Shown here piece after piece: positions 8,938-19,469 of a stretch of DNA of 37,342 nucleotides. The notes beneath the pieces were generated by a model. That model was not told the origin of the DNA. It did no database searches and saw nothing but the letters and a program-made list of their open reading frames with translations. Both the position numbers and the translations under genes were made by a program. Position 1 is the stretch's first letter; each line of letters starts with the position of its first letter. The DNA is taken from positions 1-37,342 of the forward strand of contig JNSE01000029.1 of NCBI GenBank assembly GCA_000754455.1. Direction: 5' to 3'. This DNA comes from an actinobacterium acAMD-2 (GTDB lineage: Bacteria > Actinomycetota > Actinomycetes > UBA12327).

Positions 8938-9796
8938 TCAGGAAGCGCCGATAGTGGCGCGAACAGTGGCGGAACTCAAAACCCAACTTGCCGATTTGCG
9001 AATTGAGCGCCCCAGTGCACCTGTGGTGTTCGTGCCAACCATGGGTGCGCTTCACGATGGGCATCGAGCGCTGATGACTCAAGCAAGTCACTACAACGGA
9101 ATATCAGTGGCTTCAATTTTTGTGAATCCCACGCAGTTTGGTCCCGACGAGGACCTGGCAAAGTATCCGCGCACCTGGGAAGCGGATTTACAACTATGCG
9201 CCGACGAGGGAATTGATGTTGTCTTCGCTCCCACTGTTGACCAGATGTACGGCGACCGTACTGAGAGCACGCTGTCGGCTGGACCTTTAGGTACGCGGCT
9301 AGAAGGAGCCCAGCGACCGGGTCACTTTGATGGTGTTGTCACCGTTGTTGCGAAGTTGTTTGACATGGTTCACCCGAATCGGGCCATTTTTGGTCAAAAG
9401 GATGCGCAGCAAGTGGCGGTCATCAGGGCGATGGTGCGCGATTTGGAATTACCTGTCGAGATTGAAGCATTCCCAACGGTGCGAGACAGTGATGGCTTGG
9501 CGATGTCATCTCGCAATGTCTATCTTTCAGACACTGAGCGCGAACAGGCGCTAGCTATTCCCCGCGCACTTGTCGCTGCATACCAAGCTGGCTCCGAGGG
9601 TGCACAAGCTGTACTAAAAGCTGCGACTAATGAACTAGCTGGTGAGCCTGAGGTGCACGTGCGGTATGTCGAGTTGGTGCATCCAGACACCCTTGAGGCG
9701 GTCTCTCCAACTTTTCATGGCCATGCGCTGTTGTTGATTGCAGCCATGGTGGGAACAACGCGCTTGATCGACAACTCAATGGTGACGGTGGGCTGA
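8930..9796 (+). CDS. panC: Pantoate--beta-alanine ligase
   Basis: VPTMGALHDGH, SIFVNPTQF, RPGHFDGV, FGQKDAQQ, LAMSSRN, TRLIDN. ATG 8930 overlaps the end of the upstream gene. Confidence 0.97.
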   Translation: MTSQEAPIVARTVAELKTQLADLRIERPSAPVVFVPTMGALHDGHRALMTQASHYNGISVASIFVNPTQFGPDEDLAKYPRTWEADLQLCADEGIDVVFAPTVDQMYGDRTESTLSAGPLGTRLEGAQRPGHFDGVVTVVAKLFDMVHPNRAIFGQKDAQQVAVIRAMVRDLELPVEIEAFPTVRDSDGLAMSSRNVYLSDTEREQALAIPRALVAAYQAGSEGAQAVLKAATNELAGEPEVHVRYVELVHPDTLEAVSPTFHGHALLLIAAMVGTTRLIDNSMVTVG

Positions 9797-9821
9797 CTAT
9801 GTCAATCACTACGGTGACCTC

Positions 9822-11465
9822 ATGAGTATTTTCGCGCGCCAACCCTTGGCTGGCCGCCTTCTAGCACCGGCACCAGGCTGGACCACGAGTGCGGATGTGG
9901 TAATCGTCGGTAGTGGCATCGCGGGTTTGAGTCTGGCCCTACAGGCCAGGCGAAGTGATCTCAAAGTTCTCGTGGTGACTAAGACCGTGCTCGATGCTGG
10001 AGCGACTCGATGGGCGCAAGGTGGCATCGCCGCCGCGGTCGGCCCAGGTGATACTCCCGAACAGCACGAATCAGACACCTTGATCGCCGGTGTCGACTTG
10101 TGCGATGTGCAGGCAGTGCATGCCTTGGTAACTGAGGGACCCACTGCGCTAGAAAATCTCATTGCGTTGGGTGCGGACTTTGATCGGGATGCTTCCGGTG
10201 ATATTGCGCTTACTCGTGAGGGTGGTCACCATCGCGATCGCATCGCACATGCTGGCGGAGATGCCACAGGTGCTGAGGTATCACGCGCGCTGATCTCCGC
10301 AGTTCAGGCCGATGTTGGCATTGAAGTGATTGAACATGCGTTGGCCCTGGACTTACTTTTTGATGATCGCCGAGCAGTAGCAGGAATCACGCTGCACGTG
10401 ATTGGTGAAGGAACCCGCGATGGAGTGGGAGCGGTACATGCGCGCGCAGTGGTCTTGGCCACTGGAGGACTGGGGCAAACCTTTGCTCAAACCACAAACC
10501 CTGAGGTATCAACCGGGGATGGGGTGGCCATAGCTCTGCGAGGCGGAGCAACAGTTGCTGACATGGAGTTTGTGCAGTTCCATCCCACTGTTTTATGGCT
10601 CGGCCCTGGCTCGCGAGGGCAGCAACCGTTGGTGTCAGAGGCCGTGCGGGGCGAAGGCGCCTTCCTGGTTGACGATGCAGGCCGACGTTTCATGCACGGT
10701 ATCCATGAAATGGCGGATCTAGCTCCGCGCGATGTGGTGGCCAAAGCCATCATGCAACAGATGATCGAAACCGGTGCTCCGCACGTATGGCTTGACGGTC
10801 GCGAATTGGGCCAAGAAGTATGGGAAAATAGATTCCCCACCATCCTTGAATCGTGCCGCTTGCACGGCGTTGATCCCGTGACGGAATTGATTCCCGTTGC
10901 ACCGGCAGCGCACTACGCCAGCGGTGGAATCCTTACTGATCTTTCCGGGCGAACCAATGTTGAGGGTTTGTATGCCTGCGGGGAGTGTGCATGTACTGGA
11001 GTGCATGGTGCGAACCGGTTGGCCTCAAACTCTTTGCTGGAAGGTTTGGTGTTTGCCTCTCGGATTGCTCAGCATTTGGCCACCGACCTAGCGAGCCCAG
11101 GCGAGCCGAAGCCCGATGAACGAGTCCCTGCCCTTTTGACGCCCGAAGTACGCGAGCACGTGGCCTCGACAATGACTGATGGCGCAGGAGTTTTGCGTTC
11201 ACGTCGATCATTAGGACGAACGTTGTCGCGCTTACTGGAGCTGCGGTCGTGGCAATCCCAGCAGCCCTGTGTTGAAGCGTGGGAAGCAACCAATGTGCAT
11301 AGCGTGGCGACGTTTATCGCAGCCGCTGCGCGCGAGCGGGAAGAAACACGAGGAAGTCACTGGCGCGAGGACTTCCCTGAGCCCGATGACCTGCATTGGC
11401 GGGCGCGCATTAATAGTCAGTTAGTCGAAGGCACCGTCCACACCACAGTGAGGCCTATTTCATGA
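9822..11465 (+). CDS. nadB: L-aspartate oxidase
   Basis: GSGIAG FAD motif, WAQGGIAA, QFHPT, SEAVRGEG, LAPRDVVA, HGANRLASNSLLEG. Confidence 0.96.
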   Translation: MSIFARQPLAGRLLAPAPGWTTSADVVIVGSGIAGLSLALQARRSDLKVLVVTKTVLDAGATRWAQGGIAAAVGPGDTPEQHESDTLIAGVDLCDVQAVHALVTEGPTALENLIALGADFDRDASGDIALTREGGHHRDRIAHAGGDATGAEVSRALISAVQADVGIEVIEHALALDLLFDDRRAVAGITLHVIGEGTRDGVGAVHARAVVLATGGLGQTFAQTTNPEVSTGDGVAIALRGGATVADMEFVQFHPTVLWLGPGSRGQQPLVSEAVRGEGAFLVDDAGRRFMHGIHEMADLAPRDVVAKAIMQQMIETGAPHVWLDGRELGQEVWENRFPTILESCRLHGVDPVTELIPVAPAAHYASGGILTDLSGRTNVEGLYACGECACTGVHGANRLASNSLLEGLVFASRIAQHLATDLASPGEPKPDERVPALLTPEVREHVASTMTDGAGVLRSRRSLGRTLSRLLELRSWQSQQPCVEAWEATNVHSVATFIAAAAREREETRGSHWREDFPEPDDLHWRARINSQLVEGTVHTTVRPIS

Positions 11466-12355
11466 CACTCAGCAGTGCACTGTCTGACCAAATTCGCGGG
11501 GCCGGGCTTGATCCAGCCGATATTGAGGCTGTCATTGAGCGATCCCTGGCCGAAGACTTGGCCGGTGGGGTCGACGTCACCTCGGTTGCCACTGTTCCTG
11601 CCACGCAACAGTCAATCTTGAAGTTGGTCGCTCGTGAAAGTGGTGTTGTGGCGGGCGTCGTGGCCGCATGTGCGGCGTTTGAGGTCGTGGGGCAAGGTCG
11701 CATTGCGGTTTCCGCCAACGTTGTTGATGGAGCATCAGTAGACGCGGGCAGTTGCGTCGTGACAGCGACCGGGCCCACAGTGGACTTGCTGACAGCAGAG
11801 CGAACAGCGCTGAATCTGTTGTGTCACCTGTCGGGTATTGCAACGCTGACTGCTCGCTGGGTAAGTGCAGTCGCGGGAACCGATGCTGCAATCCGCGATA
11901 CCCGAAAGACTACACCGGGGTTGCGATCGCTGGAGAAGTTTGCCGTGCGATGTGGGGGTGGAGTTAATCACCGGATGTCACTTTCCGACGCCGCCTTGGT
12001 GAAGGACAACCATGTTCTGGCTGCGGGCGGTGTTGAGGCCGCCTTTTCAGCGGTTCGCGCCATGTGGCCCGATCTTGACGTTGAAGTTGAGGTCGATTCA
12101 CTCGAGCAGTTAGACGAAGTCCTTGGTGCTGGTGCGGACTTAGTTCTGTTGGACAACTTCACCGTTGCGCAAACCCGCGAAGCCGTGCGAGCCACAGCTG
12201 GTCGAGCTCGACTCGAATCCAGCGGGGGATTGAGCCTGAGTGTGGCTCGAGATTATGCCGAAACCGGCGTTGATTTCCTCGCCGTCGGCGCCTTGACACA
12301 TTCCGCACCTGTGCTTGATGTCGGCGGAGACCTAGAGCAAGTACGGGAGGCCTGA
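11462..12355 (+). CDS. nadC: Nicotinate-nucleotide diphosphorylase (carboxylating)
   Basis: [40 protein letters not shown] motifs. Confidence 0.97.
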   Translation: MTLSSALSDQIRGAGLDPADIEAVIERSLAEDLAGGVDVTSVATVPATQQSILKLVARESGVVAGVVAACAAFEVVGQGRIAVSANVVDGASVDAGSCVVTATGPTVDLLTAERTALNLLCHLSGIATLTARWVSAVAGTDAAIRDTRKTTPGLRSLEKFAVRCGGGVNHRMSLSDAALVKDNHVLAAGGVEAAFSAVRAMWPDLDVEVEVDSLEQLDEVLGAGADLVLLDNFTVAQTREAVRATAGRARLESSGGLSLSVARDYAETGVDFLAVGALTHSAPVLDVGGDLEQVREA

Positions 12356-12356
12356 G

Positions 12357-13118
12357 ATGTTGCTCGCCATTGATGTGGGAAACACCAACACTGTTCTTGG
12401 ACTGTTTGATGGCGAGAGCCTGCATCAGTCATGGCGGATCAAGACTGATGCTCGAGATACAGCAGACGAACTCCATGTCATGTACCGGGGCTTGTTGGCT
12501 CAATCCCCTGACTTTTCTGGGATTGCTTTGTGCTCGACCGTCCCATCCACTCTGCGTGAAATGCGGAGCATGCTCAACCGCTATTACTCGGATATCGAAA
12601 CGGTCATTGTTGAGCCCGGAACCCGCACCGGTGTCCCCGTGCTTACCGATAACCCCAAGGAAGTGGGTGCGGATCGCATTGTCAATACGCTGGCAACACA
12701 CCATCTTTTTGGTGGGCCGGCCATCGTGGTGGACTTCGGCACTTCCACAAATTTGGACGTCGTCAGCGACAAGGGAGAATTCCTCGGTGGTGCTTTAGCG
12801 CCAGGAATTGAAATCTCCATTGATGCCCTCGCGGCTCGGGCGGCGCAACTGCGCAAGGTGGAATTGGTCAGGCCGCGTTCGGTCATTGGCAAGAACACCG
12901 TTGAAGCGCTGCAAAGTGGGGCCTTGTATGGCTTCGCTGGACAGGTCGATGGCTTGGTAGATCGCATTGAAGAGGAGCTCGGTCACGTTCAGGCTGTCGT
13001 CGCCACAGGTGGCTTGGCTCCCCTTGTCGTTGAGGAGTCACGCACGATCACCCATCATGAGCCCGATCTCACACTCATTGGGCTGCGTTTGGTGTTTGAG
13101 CGCAACACAGCTTCCTAG
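12357..13118 (+). CDS. coaX: Type III pantothenate kinase
   Basis: [31 protein letters not shown] motifs. Confidence 0.96.
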   Translation: MLLAIDVGNTNTVLGLFDGESLHQSWRIKTDARDTADELHVMYRGLLAQSPDFSGIALCSTVPSTLREMRSMLNRYYSDIETVIVEPGTRTGVPVLTDNPKEVGADRIVNTLATHHLFGGPAIVVDFGTSTNLDVVSDKGEFLGGALAPGIEISIDALAARAAQLRKVELVRPRSVIGKNTVEALQSGALYGFAGQVDGLVDRIEEELGHVQAVVATGGLAPLVVEESRTITHHEPDLTLIGLRLVFERNTAS

Positions 13119-13141
13119 GCAGACACGGCTAAACTGCGAGG

Positions 13142-14656
13142 GTGAACCAAGGACCAGAAGTCTCCGATCTCGATGATCTTCCAGAGCAAATGCGCATTCG
13201 CCGCGAAAAGCTCGATCGATTGCGGGCGGAAGGCGTAGATCCCTACCCCGTTGGCTTTGCCCGCACGACCACCTTGGCTCAACTGCGCACCGATTTTCCT
13301 GATCTCGAACCCGACGCGTCCACCGGCGTAGAGGTGGGCATCGTGGGGCGCGTTATTTTGCGTCGCGACGGCGGCAAGTTGTGCTTTGCTACTTTGCGTG
13401 ATGGATCAGGTGACCTGCAAGTCATGTTGCCCATCGATACCGTGGGCGAAGACCGGCTCAAGGCGTGGAAGACCGACGTTGACATTGGTGACCACGTAGG
13501 CATCATCGGTGAAGTGGTCTGTAGTCGCCGTGGGGAACTTTCGGTCAAGGCCTCGAGCTGGATTATCACCAGTAAGTGTCTGCGTCCGCTGCCCGAGAAG
13601 TTCAAGGGTCTGACTGACCCTGAGGCGCGCGTGCGCCAGCGCTATGTCGACCTGATCGTTCGTCCAGAGGCTCGGGAAATGTTGCAGATGCGCGCAACCG
13701 CCGTGGCTTCCGTGCGCAACTCGCTCACCACACGTGGATTTGTTGAAGTCGAAACGCCGATGTTGCAGGCCATTCACGGTGGGGCCAATGCTCGACCCTT
13801 CACCACCCACATCAATGCCTACGACATGGAATTGTTTCTTCGCATTGCCCCAGAGCTGTATCTCAAGCGTTTGCTTGTCGGTGGAATCGAAAAAGTTTTT
13901 GAGATCAACCGCAACTTCCGCAACGAAGGCGCTGACTCTTCACACAATCCTGAGTTCACGATGCTGGAGATGTATCAGGCGTATGGTGACTACAACTCGA
14001 TGCGTGAGCTGACGCAACAGGTCATTCACGAAGCGGCACTTGCTGTGCACGGGGATCTCTTAGTGCGCCATCGCGATGACGAGGGCAACGTCAGCGAGTA
14101 CGACATCAGTGGTGATTGGCCGGTTATCCCGATCAATCGCGGCATCAGCGAGGCCTTAGGCGAAGAACTCACGGCAGACACAGAGGCTGACCAACTGCGC
14201 ACGTGGTGTGCCAGTGCAGATATCGCGCTGGATCCAGCCTGGGGCCGCGGTCAGATCGTCCTGGAAATGTACGAACACCTGCTCGAGTCACGTACGACAG
14301 CTCCGACCTTCTATACGGATTTCCCCACCGAGGTGTCACCACTTACGCGTCAACACCGTGAAGACCCGAGGTTGGCTGAGCGTTGGGATTTGGTGGCCTT
14401 CGGATCAGAAGTAGGTACTGCCTATAGCGAATTGGTTGATCCCGTTGAGCAACGTGCTCGCCTAACCGCACAATCTTTGTTGGCTACGGGGGGCGATGTT
14501 GAGGCCATGGCTTTGGACGAGGACTTCCTGCGCGCGTTGGAATTTGCGATGCCGCCAGCTGGAGGCCAAGGAATGGGAATTGACCGACTCTTGATGATGC
14601 TGACCGGACGCAGTATTCGTGAAACCGTGTTGTTCCCCCTGGTCCGGCCCGAATGA
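13142..14656 (+). CDS. lysS: Lysine--tRNA ligase (class II)
   Basis: OB-fold N-terminus, VETPML, GGANARPF, LRIAPELYLKRL, FRNEG, HNPEFTMLE, GMGIDRL. Confidence 0.98.
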   Translation: MNQGPEVSDLDDLPEQMRIRREKLDRLRAEGVDPYPVGFARTTTLAQLRTDFPDLEPDASTGVEVGIVGRVILRRDGGKLCFATLRDGSGDLQVMLPIDTVGEDRLKAWKTDVDIGDHVGIIGEVVCSRRGELSVKASSWIITSKCLRPLPEKFKGLTDPEARVRQRYVDLIVRPEAREMLQMRATAVASVRNSLTTRGFVEVETPMLQAIHGGANARPFTTHINAYDMELFLRIAPELYLKRLLVGGIEKVFEINRNFRNEGADSSHNPEFTMLEMYQAYGDYNSMRELTQQVIHEAALAVHGDLLVRHRDDEGNVSEYDISGDWPVIPINRGISEALGEELTADTEADQLRTWCASADIALDPAWGRGQIVLEMYEHLLESRTTAPTFYTDFPTEVSPLTRQHREDPRLAERWDLVAFGSEVGTAYSELVDPVEQRARLTAQSLLATGGDVEAMALDEDFLRALEFAMPPAGGQGMGIDRLLMMLTGRSIRETVLFPLVRPE

Positions 14657-15153
14657 GCCAAGTACTCGTTCGTCGCGCTCGGACTGCTGATGTTTCAGCC
14701 ATCGCTGCTCTCGTTGATCGCTACAGCACCGATCGAATCTTGTTGGCGAAGGCCAAGGTGACCCTGTATGAAGACGTACAGGAATTTTGGGTGGCTGAGG
14801 TTGACGGAAATATCGTGGGGTGCGGTGCGCTGCACGTTTTGTGGGATGACTTGGCTGAGATTAGAACGCTGGCTGTTGATGTCGCCATGCGTGGAACCGG
14901 CGTCGGTCGTGAACTCCTCGAACAACTAGCCAATGTCGCTCGTGAATTGGGTGTGCGGCGCTTGTTCTGCCTGACTTTTGAAGTCGATTTCTTCAAGCGC
15001 AATGGTTTTGATGTCATTGAGGGTGCGCCCGTAGAAGAGGATGTCTTTCAAGAACTCTTGCTCTCCTATGACGAAGGTGTGGCCGAGTTCTTGGACCTGG
15101 AGCGCGTTAAGCCCAACACGCTGGGTAACACGCGCATGCTGAGGCACCTGTAA
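14653..15153 (+). CDS. Short GNAT amino-acid N-acetyltransferase (ArgA-like)
   Basis: GCGALHVLWDDLAEIRTLAV, RGTGVG acetyl-CoA motif, FCLTFEVDFF, PNTLGNTRML. Confidence 0.88.
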   Translation: MSQVLVRRARTADVSAIAALVDRYSTDRILLAKAKVTLYEDVQEFWVAEVDGNIVGCGALHVLWDDLAEIRTLAVDVAMRGTGVGRELLEQLANVARELGVRRLFCLTFEVDFFKRNGFDVIEGAPVEEDVFQELLLSYDEGVAEFLDLERVKPNTLGNTRMLRHL

Positions 15154-15176
15154 CCGCGCATTCACTAAACTTCGAC

Positions 15177-15227
15177 ATGAGCGAAACCAGTGCTGAGGAG
15201 AATCTGATTTGGCCGCCCCCGGTGTGA
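15177..15227 (+). other. Candidate leaderless upstream mini-ORF MSETSAEENLIWPPPV (16 aa)
   Basis: TAAACT (15166-15171) 5 nt before the ATG. Its stop TGA overlaps an in-frame GTG (15224) of the Stealth gene as GTGA. Confidence 0.35.
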
Positions 15228-16833
15228 CGATAAAGAAGCAGCTTCTCAAGCTGTCGAATTATGTCCCCACCTGGGTTGAAGGGCTGGGTCGCAATCCTCG
15301 AGGAGTGGTTTTTGCGCCGGGCGCCAAAACCTCATTCTTTTTGCACCCTCGGGCATCACGCCGGCCATTACTCGTAGGCCGTGGTCACGGTCGCTACTTC
15401 GTCGGCACAGTGACGGACCACCTCGGTTCTCAGCAGGCCATTCAAGCCAACCTCGATGGCGTGGTTGATGTACTCAAGAACGCCGGAATTGAACATTTCG
15501 TCTATGGGACCGCTGCCGGCCAGCACCCCGTCGTGGGTTGTTTGGCGAAAGATCGTGTGGCAGTGGTCTCGGAACTTGTTAAGACCCATGGGCATAGTGG
15601 CGCGTACGTCGCGGTAGTTAGCGGCACCGGAATTCGCGCTCGTCGCTACCTCAAGCGTTCGGCTCCTTCGGTGCTGACCAAAGCATCGGTCCTGCGATTC
15701 TTTAAACCACAGGTCAGCCCGACCGGGATCCTGCTCAGCGATGATCGCGCGGGATGTGACATTGAATTTTGGCGTTCCAGCGCCGGCGTGTGGACCTCTC
15801 CGGTAGCCAATCCCTATGCCACGCAATTGAGTGAAGGCGATCGTCAACGAGCGGACGTCCACATAGGTACGGGCACTTATGACAGTTATTCGGCCTTTGT
15901 CCAACCAGATCCGTTTGCTACTAACTACCCCATTGACGTGGTGTACACGTGGGTTGATGGCAATGATCCAGCGTGGCAATCGCGAAAGCGAGGAGCGTTA
16001 GGCCAGAACGAAGGTACCGAGCTCAATCCGCTGGCTGCCAATGAATCCCGATTCTCTTCGCGCGATGAACTGAAGATTGGGTTCGCCACATCTATCTAGT
16101 GACGGACGATCAGGTTCCGGATTGGCTCGATACGTCGAGTGGTCGAATCACGGTCGTGAGTCACAAGGAGCTCTTCCCGGACAGTTCGGCCCTGCCCACC
16201 TTCAATTCGCATGCCATCGAAACCGTCCTGCATCGCATCCCTGGACTTTCCGAGCATTTCCTGTACATGAACGACGATGTCTTCATCGGAAGGCCCATCG
16301 CTCCAGACCTATTCTTCTCCAGTGTTGGAGGCCCTAAGTTTTTTCGCAGTACTGCACTTTTTGGCGCAGGGCCTCGCACGGTGGACGATGCTCCTGTTGA
16401 TGCGGCGGGCAAGAACAACCGTGACCTGTTAGCCGAGGAATTTGGCGTTGCAGTGACGAATAAGTTCAAGCACACACCGCACGCGCTGCGCAAGAGTGTG
16501 ATTGAGCAAGTCGAGAAGCGATGGAGCGCGGAGGTGGAGCGCACGCGAGTGTCATCGTTCCGCGACCCAGACGACATCGCGATCATTTCGTTGTCGCACT
16601 ACTTCGGATTTTTCACCGAGCAGGCCACGGCAGGAAACATCCGGTACGAATACGTCAATATCGCACTGGCCAACGTTCGTCAGCGCTACCGAAAACTGTT
16701 GACTCAGGATTCCTGGGATGCCTTCTGCCTCAATGACACTGACAATGAGGGCGTGGACATGGTGCGCCAAGAACGCTTACTCAGCGATTTTCTTCAGGCG
16801 TACTTTCCAGTGAAGAGTCCGTTCGAAAAGTAG
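15209..16833 (+). pseudogene. Stealth-family (CpsY-like) exopolysaccharide phosphotransferase, split by a frameshifting deletion at ~16076
   Basis: CR1 PIDVVYTWVDGNDPAW and the start of CR2 (RFSSRDELK) are in the frame of 15209. The continuation WVRHIYLVTDDQVPDWL...LPTFNSHAIE...FLYMNDD, CR3 HTPH and CR4 FCLND are in another frame from 16078. Confidence 0.85.
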
Positions 16834-16845
16834 TGCGAACGAGCT

Positions 16846-17712
16846 CTAGATAATCGGCGGACGACGAAGTGCCGTCATCGCCCAAACGGTTTTCCATTTC
16901 ATCGGCCTGCGCGGCCCCGCATCAGTGCGCAATCCCTCGCGAAGACCGGCAAACCATTGCCTAAACGACGACCCCAGCCCCAGGCGGGCCATGGTGATTA
17001 CTGTCCACACTGCCAGGTGGATCACTGCAAGTAGGAGGGGGAGATTGCGCTTGACTAACCACGCCCGATTACGTGCATTCAGTCGCAAGTAATCGGCATG
17101 GCGTGACGGGCTAGCAGCGGGGTGAAACATCGAGCAGTCGCTGTCGTAGGCAATCCGCCAGCCGGCGTCCATCAAACGCCACGCCAGATCAGATTCCTCA
17201 TGACCGTAGAAGAAATCACCAGGAAACCCACCGACATTTTTGACAGCACTCGATCTGATGGCGCATGCGCCACCAAGAAAAGCGGTCACATCGGATGAGA
17301 TCAACGGATCGCTCTTTCCCAGTCGCGGCACATGGCGTTGTTCGGTAGCCAAAGTGTCGGGATCAAGGATGCGAAATGAGATAACTGCTAAATCCGGCTC
17401 AAGGGCAAAGCGCGATCGCACATGATCGGCCACCGTGTTGTCGCAGTACCAGCCGTCATCATCGAGGAACAAGATGGCATCTGACTCGGTGTGTTCGATG
17501 CCGACATTGCGGCCCTCGGGAATTCCTACATTTTCGGGAAGCGCCATGGTGCGCACGTTTGAGCGAGGAGAATCGATGGGCGTGCCATTACCGATGAGCA
17601 GTACATCGATGGGGTCACCGGTTTGATTCAGTGCACTGTCAATGGCCCGCTCAAGTTCGGCAGGACGAGTACCCATCGTCAATACGACGCAGGAAAGTCT
17701 GAAGGAACTCAT
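16846..17712 (-). CDS. Glycosyltransferase family 2
   Basis: VVLTMGTRP, ENVGIPEGRNVG, LFLDDD (DxD), FFYGHEE. ATG 17712 overlaps the ancestral stop of the upstream gene. Confidence 0.9.
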   Translation of the reverse strand: MSSFRLSCVVLTMGTRPAELERAIDSALNQTGDPIDVLLIGNGTPIDSPRSNVRTMALPENVGIPEGRNVGIEHTESDAILFLDDDGWYCDNTVADHVRSRFALEPDLAVISFRILDPDTLATEQRHVPRLGKSDPLISSDVTAFLGGACAIRSSAVKNVGGFPGDFFYGHEESDLAWRLMDAGWRIAYDSDCSMFHPAASPSRHADYLRLNARNRAWLVKRNLPLLLAVIHLAVWTVITMARLGLGSSFRQWFAGLREGLRTDAGPRRPMKWKTVWAMTALRRPPII

Positions 17713-18436
17713 CGCAGTCTTTGAGAAGACAAGATGGAAACACGGTGATGGCAGCGGTGGCGGTAAAGGATCCGGTGGCGGCATCAACGATTGCTGCACC
17801 CACGATGATCAAGGAAGCTTCCACAGCGCCCAGGATCTTGTGGTATCCCAGCATGGACGCAAACTTTCGCGCGGTGCTGAGAGCGCTAGAGCGAGGGACA
17901 AGGTCGGCGTCGGTCATCGCCGGCAAACCTGACGCAGCACGAGCCGACAAGACGAGGTCAGTTTCGGATTTGATCAGGACCACGCCCAATGCTGCTAAAA
18001 CTCCGATGGTGGCGAAGGTTTGCCCAGACTCGGCGGCAGCGCGGAATCCAAGGCCGACCATCAGAGCGGCCTCAGTGAGGTAGTGGCCGACGCGGTCGAG
18101 ATAAACACCGGTAGGTGAGGTGCGCTTGGTCCAGCGAGCGACTTCGCCGTCGCAGCAGTCCAAGAGCAAGTACAACTGAATGAGAACGACAGCCACGATT
18201 GGGCCGGCAACACCGGGTATGAGCAGTGCGGGAGCTGCTCCGATGCCACAAGCGATCATTAACCAGGTGATCTGGTTAGGTGACCAGCCGAGCGCAAGAA
18301 AAACGCGGGTGAGGTAGAGCGAAATCCGACGCATATACAACCGACCAGCCCAGTGCTCGCCGTTTCGACGATCCATGGTTGACGCTGGCTGGCACACCTG
18401 GCGCAATTCCTCAATGGAAGGCTTGGACAAACTCAC
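17709..18436 (-). pseudogene. CDP-alcohol phosphotransferase family protein with a frameshifted C-terminus (current ORF reads on to 17651)
   Basis: DCCDGEVAR-x8-GVYLD motif. After GTG TT the sequence continues in another frame as SILSSQRLR* (17738-17709), whose TGA overlaps the GT2 ATG. Confidence 0.72.
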
Positions 18437-19469
18437 GCACCTTCTCTCCGATTGCTTCGTGTGACAGGTCTAGGTGTTCCAGGATGGTGTAGCGCCCAGG
18501 TCGTGTAGATGGAGCATGCACAACCGCTGCGATGAACTCGTCAGTAGTCAACCCTAGGTCCTCAGGGAGCACTGGCATCGCATGCTGGCGCAAAGCGCGT
18601 GCGAGATGTTGCGCGGTGGGTTGATCACCTCGCAGGAATGAGGCGAAAACCGCACCAACGCCGACTTGAAAACCGTGGGGCTTGGATTTTTCGGGAAACA
18701 GTTGATCAATGGCGTGCGAGATCTCGTGACATGCGCCCGAACAAGGACGGCTGCTGCCACACATCGTCATGGCGATGCCGGAAAGTACGAGGGATTCGGC
18801 TAAGGCGATGAGAAAATCGTCATCCTGCACGGCTCCGGGGTGGAAGAGCATCGTGTCGGCCGCCGTCCGGGCCAGAGCGACGGCAACACCATCAACCGTT
18901 TCGCCGGTAGCCTCATGCGCCAACTCCCAGTCCGCAATCGCGGAGATATTGCTCAAGATGTCACCAATGCCCGCAGAGAGCATGGCTGGTGGAGTGGATT
19001 TCAAAAGATCGAGATCGACGATGACTGCAACGGGCGGAGTTACACCAACAGAGGTGCGACCGGTTTGTGCATCAAGGATGGAAACAGGTGATGCCAATCC
19101 ATCGTGAGCGAGGTTGGTAGCGATAGCGATTGACGGCCACTGGTTAGCAGCAGCTACAAATTTGGCGATGTCAAGGATGCGACCACCACCCACACCAATG
19201 ACCAGATCAAACCCGGTGGTGCGAAGTTCAGTTGCAAGAATTTGCGCGGCCTCTTCGGTGCCATTTTCAGCAGTCACCCACGTCGCATCGGGCACCAGTT
19301 CACGCAACTGTGCTGTGACTTCCTGGCTGGAATTTTTACCGGCGATAACGACAATTCGCGAACCTGGGCACAGTGCAGGATCAGCGAGGATGTCAGAGAG
19401 AGTGTTCAGGGTGCCGTGACCAATGTTGACCACGGAGGGAGCCGCGACCAGTCGGCTCAGCTCCGGCAT
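18411..19469 (-). CDS. sn-glycerol-1-phosphate dehydrogenase-like protein (EgsA/AraM; iron-containing ADH/DHQS superfamily)
   Basis: GVGGGRILDIAK NAD motif, TNLAHDGLASP, GIGD metal Asp, SRPCSGACHEISH and PHGFQVG metal His, all matching G1PDH signatures. Confidence 0.82.
   Translation of the reverse strand: MPELSRLVAAPSVVNIGHGTLNTLSDILADPALCPGSRIVVIAGKNSSQEVTAQLRELVPDATWVTAENGTEEAAQILATELRTTGFDLVIGVGGGRILDIAKFVAAANQWPSIAIATNLAHDGLASPVSILDAQTGRTSVGVTPPVAVIVDLDLLKSTPPAMLSAGIGDILSNISAIADWELAHEATGETVDGVAVALARTAADTMLFHPGAVQDDDFLIALAESLVLSGIAMTMCGSSRPCSGACHEISHAIDQLFPEKSKPHGFQVGVGAVFASFLRGDQPTAQHLARALRQHAMPVLPEDLGLTTDEFIAAVVHAPSTRPGRYTILEHLDLSHEAIGEKVREFVQAFH

Noticed and set aside
16073-16101. Programmed ribosomal frameshift or genuine two-gene split of Stealth
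   Set aside because: No slippery heptamer or homopolymer at the junction, and conserved residues (YSLRS) are physically missing.
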